A stretch of 64,000 nucleotides of DNA, counting the filler, from Basidiobolus ranarum (Eukaryota), in NCBI GenBank assembly GCA_040143965.1. It is 4 parts of 4 records of this genome, joined end to end, with 100 filler letters (N's around TTAATTAATTAA, not from the genome) between each part and the next. Parts side by side here need not be neighbours in the genome. Positions count along the whole stretch, not along the records: positions 34,003 to 50,865 come from JASJQH010007202.1; positions 50,966 to 64,000 come from JASJQH010007382.1; 2 more parts are not named here. One strand, 5' to 3'. A program made the position numbers and the translations under genes. Of the stretch, positions 39,942 to 52,209 are shown piece by piece (the stretch's first letter is position 1; the number at the start of each line of letters is the position of its first letter). The notes beneath the pieces were generated by a model that was not told the origin of the DNA, ran no database searches, and saw nothing but the letters and a program-made list of their open reading frames with translations.

Positions 39942-42112
39942 TCAAGAGTTAACGTTCTTCTTTCTGCGGAGTTTGCGCCACTGACCGCTGGATAGATTCA
40001 TTTCAAATACAATGTGTTCGAGGACTGTGCGGGAGGTTCGGTTATCGAACTTCTGCTCTTCATTCATAATGATTTGGTAGGTTTCGCCACTGTGGCCAGG
40101 AGGCATTGTAACTGCAATAAAATAGTACGTTAGTTTCGAGTCATGCAGTGCGTTTGAATGGAAGGCTAATACCTGGTTTACCACAAAGGAAATCAATAAT
40201 ACGTTGACGATCGTTTCCATCAAGTACATTAGTATTCTGCAACACAGCAAGCTGGGTTTGTTGCTGTTCTGGGCTAATACTAGTGTCTAGTTGAGGAGAT
40301 GGGATAATGGGTGGCGAGTTAGTAGAATATGAAGGCTCTGGATATGCAGGTGTGCCTAAATGGAGAAATTAACTTTAGAAAGGAACCACTTGATAAATGA
40401 ATCAAGCTTACCGAGTGGATTGTTATCTTCGGTATCTTCTGTACGGTTCATATCATCTGGTCTGACAGCTACAAATAAAGGTTTTAGATGTTACGTTTGT
40501 TCCATGCTATGTGGTATGTGCTGTTTACGTACTATCTTCACTATGCTCTATAATTGCAAATCGTTATGTTAAGCACTGTACCAAATCTTCAATACAACAA
40601 AGTGAAAATTACCTTCACCGGTACCATCAGAGTAAGTATTGGTTGTTACTAATCTAGATGCTGCTCTGGCTTCACGAGCAGCTTCATCTATTCTTCGTTT
40701 GGCGATGCGTTTTTCTTCGCGCTCCTTTTCCCTTTCACGCTTTTTCTCTATCTCAACTTGCTTCTTTTCTTCGGCCTCGTTCTTGCGTTTAAGTCGTTTG
40801 AGTTCTTTCTCATGTACTTCATCTATTTGGATAATTCGAAAAGATATATCATTTAACAGGACGTTCCCTACTAATTAGATAAATAAATAATAACCTTGTT
40901 GTCGCTTCAATTTTGTTTCCTCCTGCTTCTTAATTATAGAACTTCCTTCATCAAGATCGAGTAGTTGAATCCTTTGCTGTCTTTGATAGCCTCCAACACT
41001 ATTACTAATAACACCTATTATGGATTCATACAGATTAAAGTTGAAAGTCATGTATTTTGGATTGAATAACTACGCCTTAATTAGCATACCTTTACTGAAT
41101 GCGTTAGCAGGACCCTTGTTAGGCTGGGCCGAACGTAGGAAAGAGTTTGTAGAATTTTTACGACGGTTGACAAATAACGATGATGACGCGGCAGCAGAGG
41201 ATCTAGCTATACCGATACCAGATACGGGACCAGCTGGTGTGGGATTTGAAGTCATGGCGAAAGCTTGCAATTTATCTTGGCGTTCAGTATGGGCTACACC
41301 TTTGGAGTTTTGAACCTTAAAGTGCATTTTGACGGTAGTTCGTGTTACCTCAGTAGCCTGTAGCGACTTTACAACTCCATTATTAAGGTAGCCGAATTCT
41401 CTAGGGTGGAAACCAACTCCGGTATTTTTTACTAAATAAAATTTTAGTATTCCACAAACGAAATTCGAAATTTGAAGTGAAGTAGTTCTACTATTTTCAC
41501 CCTTAAATTTGGCATACGTACATGAGTCTTTTAACGCGAACAGTGGCTGAGAGCATCGTTCGACAAAAACTTGTGGTTCGAAATTAAATTTGCCAGTTGT
41601 AGAGAATCCATGGAAAATCTGGGCAACTAAACGAACCCATTCGTCTGCATCTTCCACAGCACAACTTAATAGCTAAAAAAAGAAACATAAGATTGTTACT
41701 ATTTTATTTCCAACATGAATTAATAACACCCATGGCCAGATATAACAAGCCGACCGTTGCGGTTAGGTTAAATAACATATCGGGCGGCATTGAAAAATAA
41801 TATCTAGCATATAAAAATTGCTGGATTTGAGTGTCGCATTTATTTTGCCTCAATATTCTACCATTAAAATAAATCTTTCTTTACCTCTTCAATTCCAGAG
41901 CTCATCTCTGTAAGATCACTCTTTTTAATCCCAATTAAAGCAAATAATACTCCAAGTTTGATCTGTGTTTCATAATAATTCCAACGCTCTTTAATGTCAA
42001 CCAAAGTATTATTTGTGAACTCACCAGAAGCAATTGTTGGCGATATCCAGGGATCTGTTAACAGCTGGCCCAACCATTCTTGTACACTTTCGGCTCGTTT
42101 TCGGTCTGTCAT
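39942..42112 (-). CDS. NELFA: Negative elongation factor A (NELF-A)-like protein, ~7 exons
   Basis: N-term QEWLGQLLTDPW...TQIKLGVLFAL...EDADEWVRLVAQIF...FHPREFGYLN...KMHFKV; mid IQLLDLDE; C-term NTNVLDGNDRQRIIDFLCG...YQIIMNEE...HIVFEMNLSSGQWRKLRRK. These correspond to the NELF-A blocks as I recall them. Confidence 0.82.
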
Positions 42113-42715
42113 GGGTGAGGGGATTTGGAGGTTAAGAAGTACTACAACGAACGAAAATGTAGGTATTAAAACACATACATTGAGTGAGTCGCAAATGCAA
42201 GAACTATAAACTGGTGGTCGAGTCACGTGAAAGTAGTCAAATTTTCATTTTCCAAATATTGAATAAGAATTTCGAATCACTGGGTTAATTTATCATTACA
42301 CATTTGAAATAATAGGGTTGTGGTCTGATAGATCAATGATTTGAAGAGGAATCTTTAACAAAAGTAGTAATTAACTAGTTTACTCTGTTTATATGAATAT
42401 ATATAGATACCTGTAAATTCAGAGTTTTTTCAAGAATTCACAAGAGTACGACTGCTTTTATTTTAACACTACATCAATGAGTTCTTGTGACAACTTTATC
42501 TTTAGTCCAATGGAAACCCGCCTCGAAAACTCAATTGTTCAATATTTTAACCCTCATATATATTTATATATGCAAGTTGAGTGTCACGTTGACAATCCCC
42601 TCTTTCTCTCCTTGATAAACGATTTACTACGCACTGTACTATATATGAACTCGTATTAGATATCCTTTGTTCCCATTCACTTTATTCATATTTACTATTG
42701 GTTATACCAAACGTA

Positions 42716-44160
42716 ATGTCTACCGACTTAGTTGGCAATATGAGGAATGCAGTGTTTACTGCTTTGTCTGGTTGCATACCTGTACCTATTCTTCAGATTA
42801 ATGGACGAACCTTTAAGCGGGTTAAACTTCTGGGTGAAGGGTAGATTTTTTTACATTTTCGTGATTTGTCAAATATTCAGAAAAAGTTATTTAACTCTCA
42901 AACTTTTAGGGGTTTTAGTATGGTATATTTGGTTAAAGACGAAGCTACCCATAGAGATTTTGCCCTTAAACGAATTCACTGTCCATTAGGGACGGATGCA
43001 GTTCGTCAAGCTATGAATGAGGCAGAACTATACCGCCTTTTCAACCACCCTAATATTGTCAAGATTATGGTACTACATTATGATGTAACGTTTACGATTA
43101 TCTTTTCACTAACACTTATGGAGACAGGATTCTTGTGTTATTCAAGAAAAATCTGGTGATAAAATCGTGTACCTATTTCTACCGTATTATAAAGTATGTA
43201 TTGATATTATTTAATGTTTTTCCGTAAACCAAATTCATTTTATGATATGAATAGAACGGCACTCTACAAGATGTCATCAATTCAGCTGTAGAGACACACA
43301 CAAACTTGCCAGAGCGTAAGATGATCCGAATGTTTCATGGGATTTGTCTGGCTATTAGAGAGCTTCACACTTACGAACTACCAAATATTCCCATATCTTC
43401 GGACGAGTTCACCAGCAGTGACAACCGTATCCCGTACTCTCATCGAGATATCAAACCAGGGTAAATACATTTTATTAGATGAATGTACGAAAGCCAGAAA
43501 TAACTTAATTCTTCGAATGGTAGGAACGTTTTGATTGCTGATGATGGTACTCCAATCTTAATGGATTTTGGAAGTTTAATTCGTGGTCCGGTTACCATAA
43601 GAACACGGCAACAGGCCTTACTAGAACAAGTTAGAATCTATGAAAGCTATTATCTTGAAATCCTAGTAATACGTGATATCTATATATAGGACCGTGCAGC
43701 TGAGCATTCCACCATGAGCTACCGTGCACCAGAGTTATTTGATGTCAAAACTGGCAGTGTTTTAACTGAGGCTGTTGATATATGGGTAAAATACATTTAC
43801 AACTTCTTCATTTTCTGGTTACTTACGAATATTAGTCACTTGGTTGCCTATTGTATTCCATGGCATATGGACAGTCACCTTTTGAAGCAAATATGAATGA
43901 ACAGGGAGGGAATATTGCCCTAGCGGTACAAAACGCCAAGTACAACTTTCCCAATGAAGATGAGTGAGTGAGATCAGCTCCTATGGATTCCATTTGGTCG
44001 TATAATAACGTGATTGTCCTGTATTCACTATAGTTATTCAGAAGATCTACGTAGTCTCATAAAATTCATGCTAGTTACGAATCCAGAGGAACGTCCAGAT
44101 ATTCACCAAGTAATTCAGAAGAGCGAACAGTTAATAGGGCGCTTAGGTACTCGTGATTGA
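42716..44160 (+). CDS. NAK-family Ser/Thr kinase (STK16/Env7-like), multi-exon
   Basis: INGRTFKRVKLLGEGGFSMVYLV, FALKRIHC, HRDIKPGNVL, LMDFGS, AAEHSTMSYRAPELFDVKTG, DIWSLGC. Confidence 0.9.
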
Positions 44161-44452
44161 AGAGGAAATGACTACAAAGTATTAATATCCAGTTACTAAT
44201 CAGAGATAAGCACGTCTCCTATATATTTCAATTAAAAAATCATCTTTTCCCCCAATCTTGACCTCTGATTTCATTATTATTCACGAATTGGTATGCCAAT
44301 TGAGTATTCGTAAGCTAATAATTTGAAAGCTATTGATTGCAAGTTTATCTTAAAAAGAAGGGTTTTAATAGACCATTGACGCCAAAAACTCAATCTTTCT
44401 GATAATATCAGGAAAATTTTGTTTGGCTATTCTTCAGATAGTAGACTGCTTA

Positions 44453-45836
44453 TTATTGTGCAGATGGTAAATTTCGAAATATCCTACTGAACACCACCAG
44501 TCCTTTTGGCACCACTGGATCAGCAGATAGATGTACATCTATCCAGTTTTGAAGATTTTGACGAAGCTGTTTCTCATCGCGACTAACCGAATTCATACCT
44601 CGTTCTTCGTTAGCAAGTCGTAACTCATCCAGTGATAACTCGCTGATCCCAGCTTTGAAGAGATAATTGTCATCCTCTCGTAAATAGTCAAGATGCTTTG
44701 ATAAACGGCGTTCTAGCATGAACTTGGGACCAAAGCCTGTTAATCCCATGAGCCGACAATAAGCAGACAATTGGATCTTTTCAACAGCACTCAATTGAAA
44801 ATCGGCTCCAAATCGACGACTCAACTGAAAGATCCCGTCAACAGTATTAAAGTCTTCCTTGGTCACCTACGGAAACACAAAACATCACTTTATCATCATC
44901 TAGCATGAATCCAACCAAGAGTCAATAGGGTCCTACCATGTGGTCTCCATCTTCGAGAGTTGCTAATACACTCTGGACAAGGGCGTCCCGTGTTTCATTG
45001 ACCGTTTTGATTTTCGTTTTCTATTTCAAATACAACATATGAGTTGAAATGGTCAGTTTTTTTTTTTTTGGGGGGGGGGTTGTTCAATAGAAAGATCAAC
45101 AAAGACCCATTTAGTACCATTTGGTTTTCAGTGACACAGGTAGACGGAACCACACCAGGTGCGAAGATCAGAATGAATGGAATAGATTCGGGGGAAAAAA
45201 TCAGCAGTACTGCAAAAGGGATCAACTTTCGAGAATCCGAAAATGCTTTAGAGACCTAAACCAAGCATTTCATGGAAAAGATATTAAGATATCACTGAAT
45301 TGGTGGGTGAGGAGATTCTATTGAGGTACTTACCAATTGAAATTCGCCTCTAGTTAGCTCTTGTCCGTTATCCTGCTTAATCTTTAACAGTTTGGCTTCT
45401 CTTTTGTTGGTGAAGATTTTCTTGATACCATCTTTATAAAATACCAACATTTCCTTGATAACTTTTGAATAGCTTTCATTCCTTTTAGAACCTAACGAGA
45501 AATTGAACGAATTTGCGACATTGATCGAAGAAGCTCCAGGTTTGGAGATTCCCACAGAGTTACTGACGGAAGTATTGAGTGTCGAGGCGTATTTGTAGCT
45601 CTGAAAACTGTACCATGATAATTATGTAATAGCTCGCAATTGACATTTAGAAATCAACTTAAACCATACCTAGTGTGAGAGACTGAGGTTCGTTTGGGCA
45701 GGATCCTAAACAAGAATAAATGTAATTAGTAACAATTCCCTTCGAGAATCAACTGTTACACAAGGGATGCGATTTACGATATCTGCTTAGAATAGCATCT
45801 ACTGGTTGGGAGTGGCTTGAAGGCAACGCGATTCAT
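44453..45836 (-). CDS. LETM1-domain mitochondrial protein (LETMD1-like), multi-exon
   Basis: FYKDGIKKIFTN, LTRGEFQL, KLIPFAVLLIFSPESIP...VPSTC, RRLSKHLDYLREDD..L..G...LSLDELRLANEERG. Confidence 0.8.
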
Positions 45837-48800
45837 TTTCAGATAAAAGTTTCTTGTGGATATGAATATCACAGCGAGCAAGTCAATGATACAGCTTTTG
45901 AGTTGAGTCTCATTGTTTATATATATCTTCAATCTTCGATTTTCCTTAGAAGGTAAGCCGCAGTGGAGTGGAACTTCTGGTACCTCCGACATCACCCATT
46001 TTTGTTTATTTTGAAATTCCTTATATATATTGAGATGGGGGATTCCGAGATTCGTTGATTGGCCATCGGTGTTGTAACTTTATTAGCTCAAGTTAACTCG
46101 ATTGTCGTGCAAAGCTGGATTTACTCATTGATCTAATCATTCTCGGATATTACATTTTCAAACAGTTTTTTTCGAAGATTCCTTCAGTTAGCAAGATTAC
46201 TGAGTGGTAGTCTTCTGGTGGCTATGATTTGTGGGCATAGTAACATCCCTGCTAATAGGATTTGTATCATTTGATGCGCAACTTGAACATTTCTTAATTT
46301 TTTCGTTCCTCATATTCGTGTGATTGATCTTAACTTCAGTATTCAGGTATTCTATAATTCCTGATTCATGAATCTCCAATAACCCTGTTGAATGTGCTTC
46401 TTGGATACTACGGATTGACAGCTGAGTTGATACTATAAAACTTGTACACAATCCTATCAAATGCCATTTCTTTGCAAAAATCTTAGTGACTTTAGTAGAC
46501 GCGGACAATATGGCCCTTGATTGTGAGGTATTTGTGGTGATCAACATGGATTAATCAGGAGGTATTAAACGCTAGATCACTTTGGATGATCCCAGTATAT
46601 CCATTACAATTGATTCAGACAAGAATAAAGACACTTCTATATAGACTTCTCGCTCAATCCACTTCGCCTTAATCTGTTAACTAATTTCGCGTCAATTCTG
46701 AATGGTTTGCATTTTTCTTTCATGTTGATATTAATAAATATAATAGGAAAAACTAAACCATTTTCTTTAGATATTACTGAGACGGGCATCATGAATCACA
46801 AATAAAGCGTTACCAAAAGAAGTACTAGAAAAAGTAAACTATTGAAGTTCCATTTTCTACGTAAGCGACTGCATAATAACAAAGTAGACCTCAGTTCACA
46901 ATCATCGAGATCATTAAACAAGGCACTTTTGGAGCACATATGGAATACTCCAATTTCTCTTTTACCAGTAGTTATTCAACGTTTGCTGTACAAGAACTTG
47001 GTACAAAATTGATTAGGACGTATATGAATAGGATGTTACATGGGTATATAGTTTGAAGCGTACTTCATACCATTACGTTGAACAATTTTATTACAATTTT
47101 ACCAACAATCAAGCAAACGTGAACTCATTTTCTAAAAAAAATAGAGATGGCCGGTTTACAGTTGGTTATGAACCGAGATGTAAGTTATTGATGAGGGAAT
47201 CTATAGATAAACTCCAGAAGCTTGGAATAAAAAGACAGATCCGAATCCTAAGAGGATAGAGGCAACAACGGCCAGAGGGAATTCCTTAGTCACTGACTTA
47301 CTGGAGCTATGGAAGTGATTAAGAATTATAACACAAGGAGGAAAGGATAACATCTTTCTATACAAATATCAAACAATGCAAGATTCAACAAAAAGGATAC
47401 AAACTAAAGCCGGCTACTCCGATGAAGCCGAGAACAAGTAGAACTAAGGCTGCAAACGGGAAGAGAGATGGTGGGACGAGTGGCTTGAAAGGCTCTCCAG
47501 TCCATTGCATCTATTCATCAACAAGGTGTCAAATTTTACCATCTGGTTACAGTATAAAGACATTAAAAGAGTTCAGAAACTAAGAAACCTACTGCTTCCA
47601 TATTGTATAAAGCTCGATTAAATGAAAGAAGATACAGGAACAAAGTTGGGTCAGTATGAAGACAAAAAGTATTGCTAGACTTGGTTATTTACCAAATCAA
47701 ATCAATTCGAATCCTAATAATCTTTTCACTGCAACCGACGTTCCCTACATTGATTCGTGAATAGCTTCAGGCTTTGAAATCAATGGCGATTCAAATCGTA
47801 AATATCAAGATAAATGCCCATTTTGATTCCATTGAAGTTGAAATGAACCGCATTAACCACGGTCACGCATTTGGAGCCCAACTCTGATTAGTCTAAATTG
47901 CACAGCACCCTTGGCCACACTTACTGATCCCACTCATAAACACGATTGGAAAGCTAAATGAGATCAGTGGTTTTTCAATGCTGTGCAAGTCTTTGTATCG
48001 AGAGCAGCTAGCCCAGAACATCGAAGATATTATGTCTACTCATCAATCATGTTGGAGCTCACTCTCTTCTAGACTATCTCTTGAAAATAGCTTGGAATAG
48101 TCAGCGATATTGCCGATATATGTCATACTGTTTCCATTTCATTCAGGGGCTCGTTTGACAGACTTCACTCAGTATATGGAGATAGCACCGCTGCATTTGC
48201 ACAGCCTGACACCTGTTACTGAGAGGTAGATGAGTCACTCTTAGTTGAAACTTACTGGAGTAGCGCAGCATTACTTGTATGATACAGCACACTTTCTCCA
48301 ATGGAGAATGCAAGGGCCTCCTGTATCGCACATCCGCTCTCTCACTTCAATGAGGGTTAGCCATATGGGGCTTCTGGCCTAGTAATCTGTACGCTATTAA
48401 ACAATAAACTACAAACAACCAGGCCTTCTGTTTCCCAAATGGCATCCTGATGCAATGTATCGTTTTATATGAGTGGGGTACACAGGTTGCAAGTACGGCG
48501 ATGCAGAGAAATATACGGCATATCTGAACGGAACATTTTTAATTAACATCTTCTGTCAATGACCCATGGAACTAAGGGTTCAGTCATTACAGCATATATT
48601 CATGTAAATAGTAATCGGAGTTTTATTTAGCACAATATTATTTATATTGGCTTTGGTATCTCTAGTTAATCTAACCAAGACTGGTGTTTCCACACCACGT
48701 TAATTTATGGAGTTGGACATTGGAGTTCAGTTTGATATTTAGTAATATAATTCCACTGCACGACCTCGACGTTCACTCTTATCTACCTTTGTCTGCCAAT

Positions 48801-48892
48801 ACTAAGAAACTTCCTCTTTCTTCTCTAACAAGCGCTTCCCATTCACAGACTGTTTACCTGTACGCTGAACTGACTGTATTCTATTTGTTGTA

Positions 48893-49926
48893 ATGGATCC
48901 GCTTTTACCTGATCTGGCTCCTCCATTCAATACTACACCTCCTCCCTACAGAGAGCGTATGGCACAGTGTTCACTCACTGATGACTTTGCCCTTATCGTT
49001 CAAGCGTTCCTTGCATTTACAGCTTTCTCAACTTTATTGCGTAAGTTCTGGTGAAATGTCCTATCACAACTCGTTCAACTAAATAGAACTTACTTATCTC
49101 AGTTAAAAGGCAAAAGGAGAACCCCAGGAGACCGCTGCTTATCTGGTAATTTGCCTTCCCAGTTTAGAACTGCCATTTATTCTTTTGCTAACTACTCTAT
49201 AGGTTTTTTGATACCTCTAAACAGGGCTTTGCTGCGTGTTTCGTTCATTTCTTCAATGTTTTTCTAAGTTATGCCAGTTTGCTTGCCGACGAACAATCCA
49301 ATCCCTGCGACTGGTAAGTTTCACTGATTCTGAATTGTGGATATGGATGTTCCATTGATATTTTGAACTATGCATACATAAGGTATTTCTTAAATGTGTT
49401 TATGGATACCACATTTGGTGTAGCAACCATGTATTTTCTCATAAAGTTTTCCAATAATCTTATTCACCGCTACAAGTGGTATGAATTACGAATTGGTGAG
49501 TATGGCCATCCACCAGATGTGTTGATCTGGTTGCGGCAATTAGGGTGGTTTATTGGCATGTCGATGGTAAATAAGTTGCTTCTGCTTGTTATCTATTCGA
49601 TTCCCTTCGTTCTCCCTATTGTTCGTGCTTTACTAGCACCTTTTAGACCCTTGCCAAAGATTGAGGTGGTATTTGTCATGTTGCTTTTCCCGTTGGTCAT
49701 GAATATCATGCAATTCTGGTTAATTGATCAACTTCTAAAGGAGAAATTCATGGACTCAACACTAGATGATGACCGGGAGGTCATGGAGATGGATGATGCG
49801 GAGTTTTTACTTGAAGATGATGAAGACGATTCCTTCGAGAAGGGCAAAGAGAGAAACTCCCAAGAAGAGGGCTTAGAAGAGGGTGTCATTAATGTTACCC
49901 GTCGCTTAACCCAGACCATTTATTAA
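48893..49926 (+). CDS. STIMATE/TMEM110-family (vacuolar YPL162C-like) membrane protein, 4 exons
   Basis: CSLTDDFALIVQ, KRQKENPRRPLLIWFFDTSKQ, NPCDWYFLNVFMDTTFG, GEYGHPP, VMLLFPLVMNIMQFWLID; acidic tail. Confidence 0.88.
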
Positions 49927-50758
49927 TTCTAGTAAATAGATATATACTACTTTCCTATCCGTTTTCCTCTCACCTCCACCCTAGCAGACTCGCACCGGCA
50001 AACTTTCAATAGATGACCAAGTATCTTGAAGCTTCCTAAATCAAATAACTTGTGTATCAAATAGCTGTCCTCCATGTTGATCCATCTAATTATTTCTTTA
50101 AAGATTGTATTATACTGTTTCATGTCGTAAATGTTCATTGAAAGTAAACCATTAGAACTCCACAGTTTGGAACAATAATCCGAGTGGGGTCTGTTTAGAT
50201 GCTTATATAACTAATCGCCAGAGTAGCTGATGAAGTATGCAGGAAGCAAATTCTAGCTTTCTATGTCAGCCACTAGATAGGCAGCAATGTTATCTACTTG
50301 AAGCTTAATACATTTCCATTTCATACTCGTATTACAGCCAGCATACTGAATCACATTGTGACCATCACTACACTTCCGCTTATTCTCTATCCAATAAGAG
50401 CGCTCAGTCAGCACTATTAGGGAATATTTGCGATGAACCAATATCACACAAGCATCCTGTGATTTTCTGGAAATTGTTTCAAGATTCCTAGGAGTTTCAA
50501 TGATTGCGATTTGGACTACATCGAATTCATAGAAGATTGCACTTGGCTAGTCAAATAGCAATCCAACTCAATGGGAACAGCTATGTACATATATATATAT
50601 ATTGATAAGAATATTGGTGGATCTGGAACAAATTCACATCAAATCAATGAAAGCTGCTAAAGGGCTCTCAGGACCTCAGCTACTTACAATTATTCTACAC
50701 CTACTGCAATATTAATATGGCTGTATGATGTTATTCAGACAATCATACATGCAGTAAA

Positions 50759-50865
50759 TGTTAAAGTATTTGGGAGCCTGTTGGAAGTGGTTTGGAGAAT
50801 TAGAGGAATTGGTGGTTTTCACTTATTGATTTATTGAGTAGAAAGTTGACATTTATAGTTTTGTC
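50759..50865 (-). mobile_element. Copia LTR end, truncated at contig end
   Basis: TGTTAAAGTATTTGGGAGCCTGTTGGAAG... nearly identical to the sequence from 33457 onward. Confidence 0.88.
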
Positions 50866-50965
50866 NNNNNNNNNNNNNNNNNNNNNNNNNNNNNNNNNNN
50901 NNNNNNNNNTTAATTAATTAANNNNNNNNNNNNNNNNNNNNNNNNNNNNNNNNNNNNNNNNNNNN
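50866..50965. other. Artificial contig linker
   Basis: 44 N + TTAATTAATTAA + 44 N. Confidence 0.98.
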
Positions 50966-51643
50966 GTGGAAGAACATTTACTTTACTATGCTCGTCTCAA
51001 AGGAGTGAAGCCATCGGAAGAAAAAAGCATGGTAGAAAAGGCATTAACGAATGTGTCTTTACATAAATTTAAAAATAGATTATCGAAAGGACTTAGTGGT
51101 GGTGAGAAACGACGCTTATCAATTGCCATTGCCCTGATCGGCTCTCCTACGGTGGTATTTTTGGATGAACCTACTACAGGCCTTGATCCTGAAGTGAAAC
51201 GTCTCATCTGGGATATCATTAGTGACGCTAAACATGGACGTACCATTATACTGACTACTCACTCCATGGAGGAAGCAGAGGTGTTATGTAATCGTATTGG
51301 TATCATGGCACATGGCACTCTTAGATGTATCGGACCACAGTTGAGATTAAAGCAAATATACGGGAAAGGCTTTAAGCTTACATACAATTGTATCGCAGAA
51401 ATGTCAATGGAGGCCTCTAAATTCATCGAAAGTCTGTTGCCTGAAGGTTGGAAAAAGATCGATAACTTTATCACCAATGCATCTTATGAATTTTTACCAT
51501 TACCTGGATATATACCCTTGTTATTCGAAAAGATTAACCTTCACAAAGATCAATACGGCATTATAGATTGGGGTCTAAGTCAAACCAGCTTGGAGGAGGT
51601 ATTCTTGAAGATTATTCAAGATGCGGATGCTAATGCGGAGTAA
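50966..51643 (+). CDS. ABCA-subfamily transporter, C-terminal NBD fragment (5' truncated)
   Basis: [58 protein letters not shown]. Confidence 0.92.
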   Translation: MEEHLLYYARLKGVKPSEEKSMVEKALTNVSLHKFKNRLSKGLSGGEKRRLSIAIALIGSPTVVFLDEPTTGLDPEVKRLIWDIISDAKHGRTIILTTHSMEEAEVLCNRIGIMAHGTLRCIGPQLRLKQIYGKGFKLTYNCIAEMSMEASKFIESLLPEGWKKIDNFITNASYEFLPLPGYIPLLFEKINLHKDQYGIIDWGLSQTSLEEVFLKIIQDADANAE

Positions 51644-52209
51644 AGTCTTGATTCTTTCGAATCTTCATTATCATTATGACCCTAACAGTAGCTGTAGCCC
51701 TATCCCTGACCCTAACGTTATTTAATTTGTGATATATTTATTCATCTCAGCTACATTCAATTATGAACGTAGCTTATTTAGCACTGTATTTCAATATCAT
51801 TCTATTCCATAACATTATTCCCACCATCATTGAATTGCCTCCCCTCCCCTTCTCGCCCTACTTTCATTCTTTATAAACCAACACTTCATTAATTAGGGTT
51901 TCCCTACTTTATTTATTCACATTCACAAATATAAACACAAATCTATTCAAGTTACTTTTTTCACAAACGAATGTTATATCTTTATTATCAAAAGAGTTTT
52001 AGTGAATCATAAAAGTGAATTTCGATATATACTTACACCGGAAATACTAAGTCTTTATTGGTTAATCAATATAATAAGGCTTCGTATAGATAACAATAGG
52101 ATGATGCGATTCTAAAGGAGATGCGTTGAGTAATAATTCTTGGATGGAATACTCATCACTTGGTTGTGGGGAGAGGGGGGGAGAGAGATAGGATATGGTA
52201 CAATTAAGA

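Noticed and set aside
46197-48331. Short ORFs in the gene-poor stretch (also 24738-26236 and 31738-33368)
   Set aside because: No recognisable motifs or consistent splice structure; likely spurious or unidentifiable decayed repeats.
51680-51716. CCCTAA/CCCTGA telomere-like hexamers after the ABCA gene
   Set aside because: Only a few degenerate, non-contiguous units; not a telomeric array.
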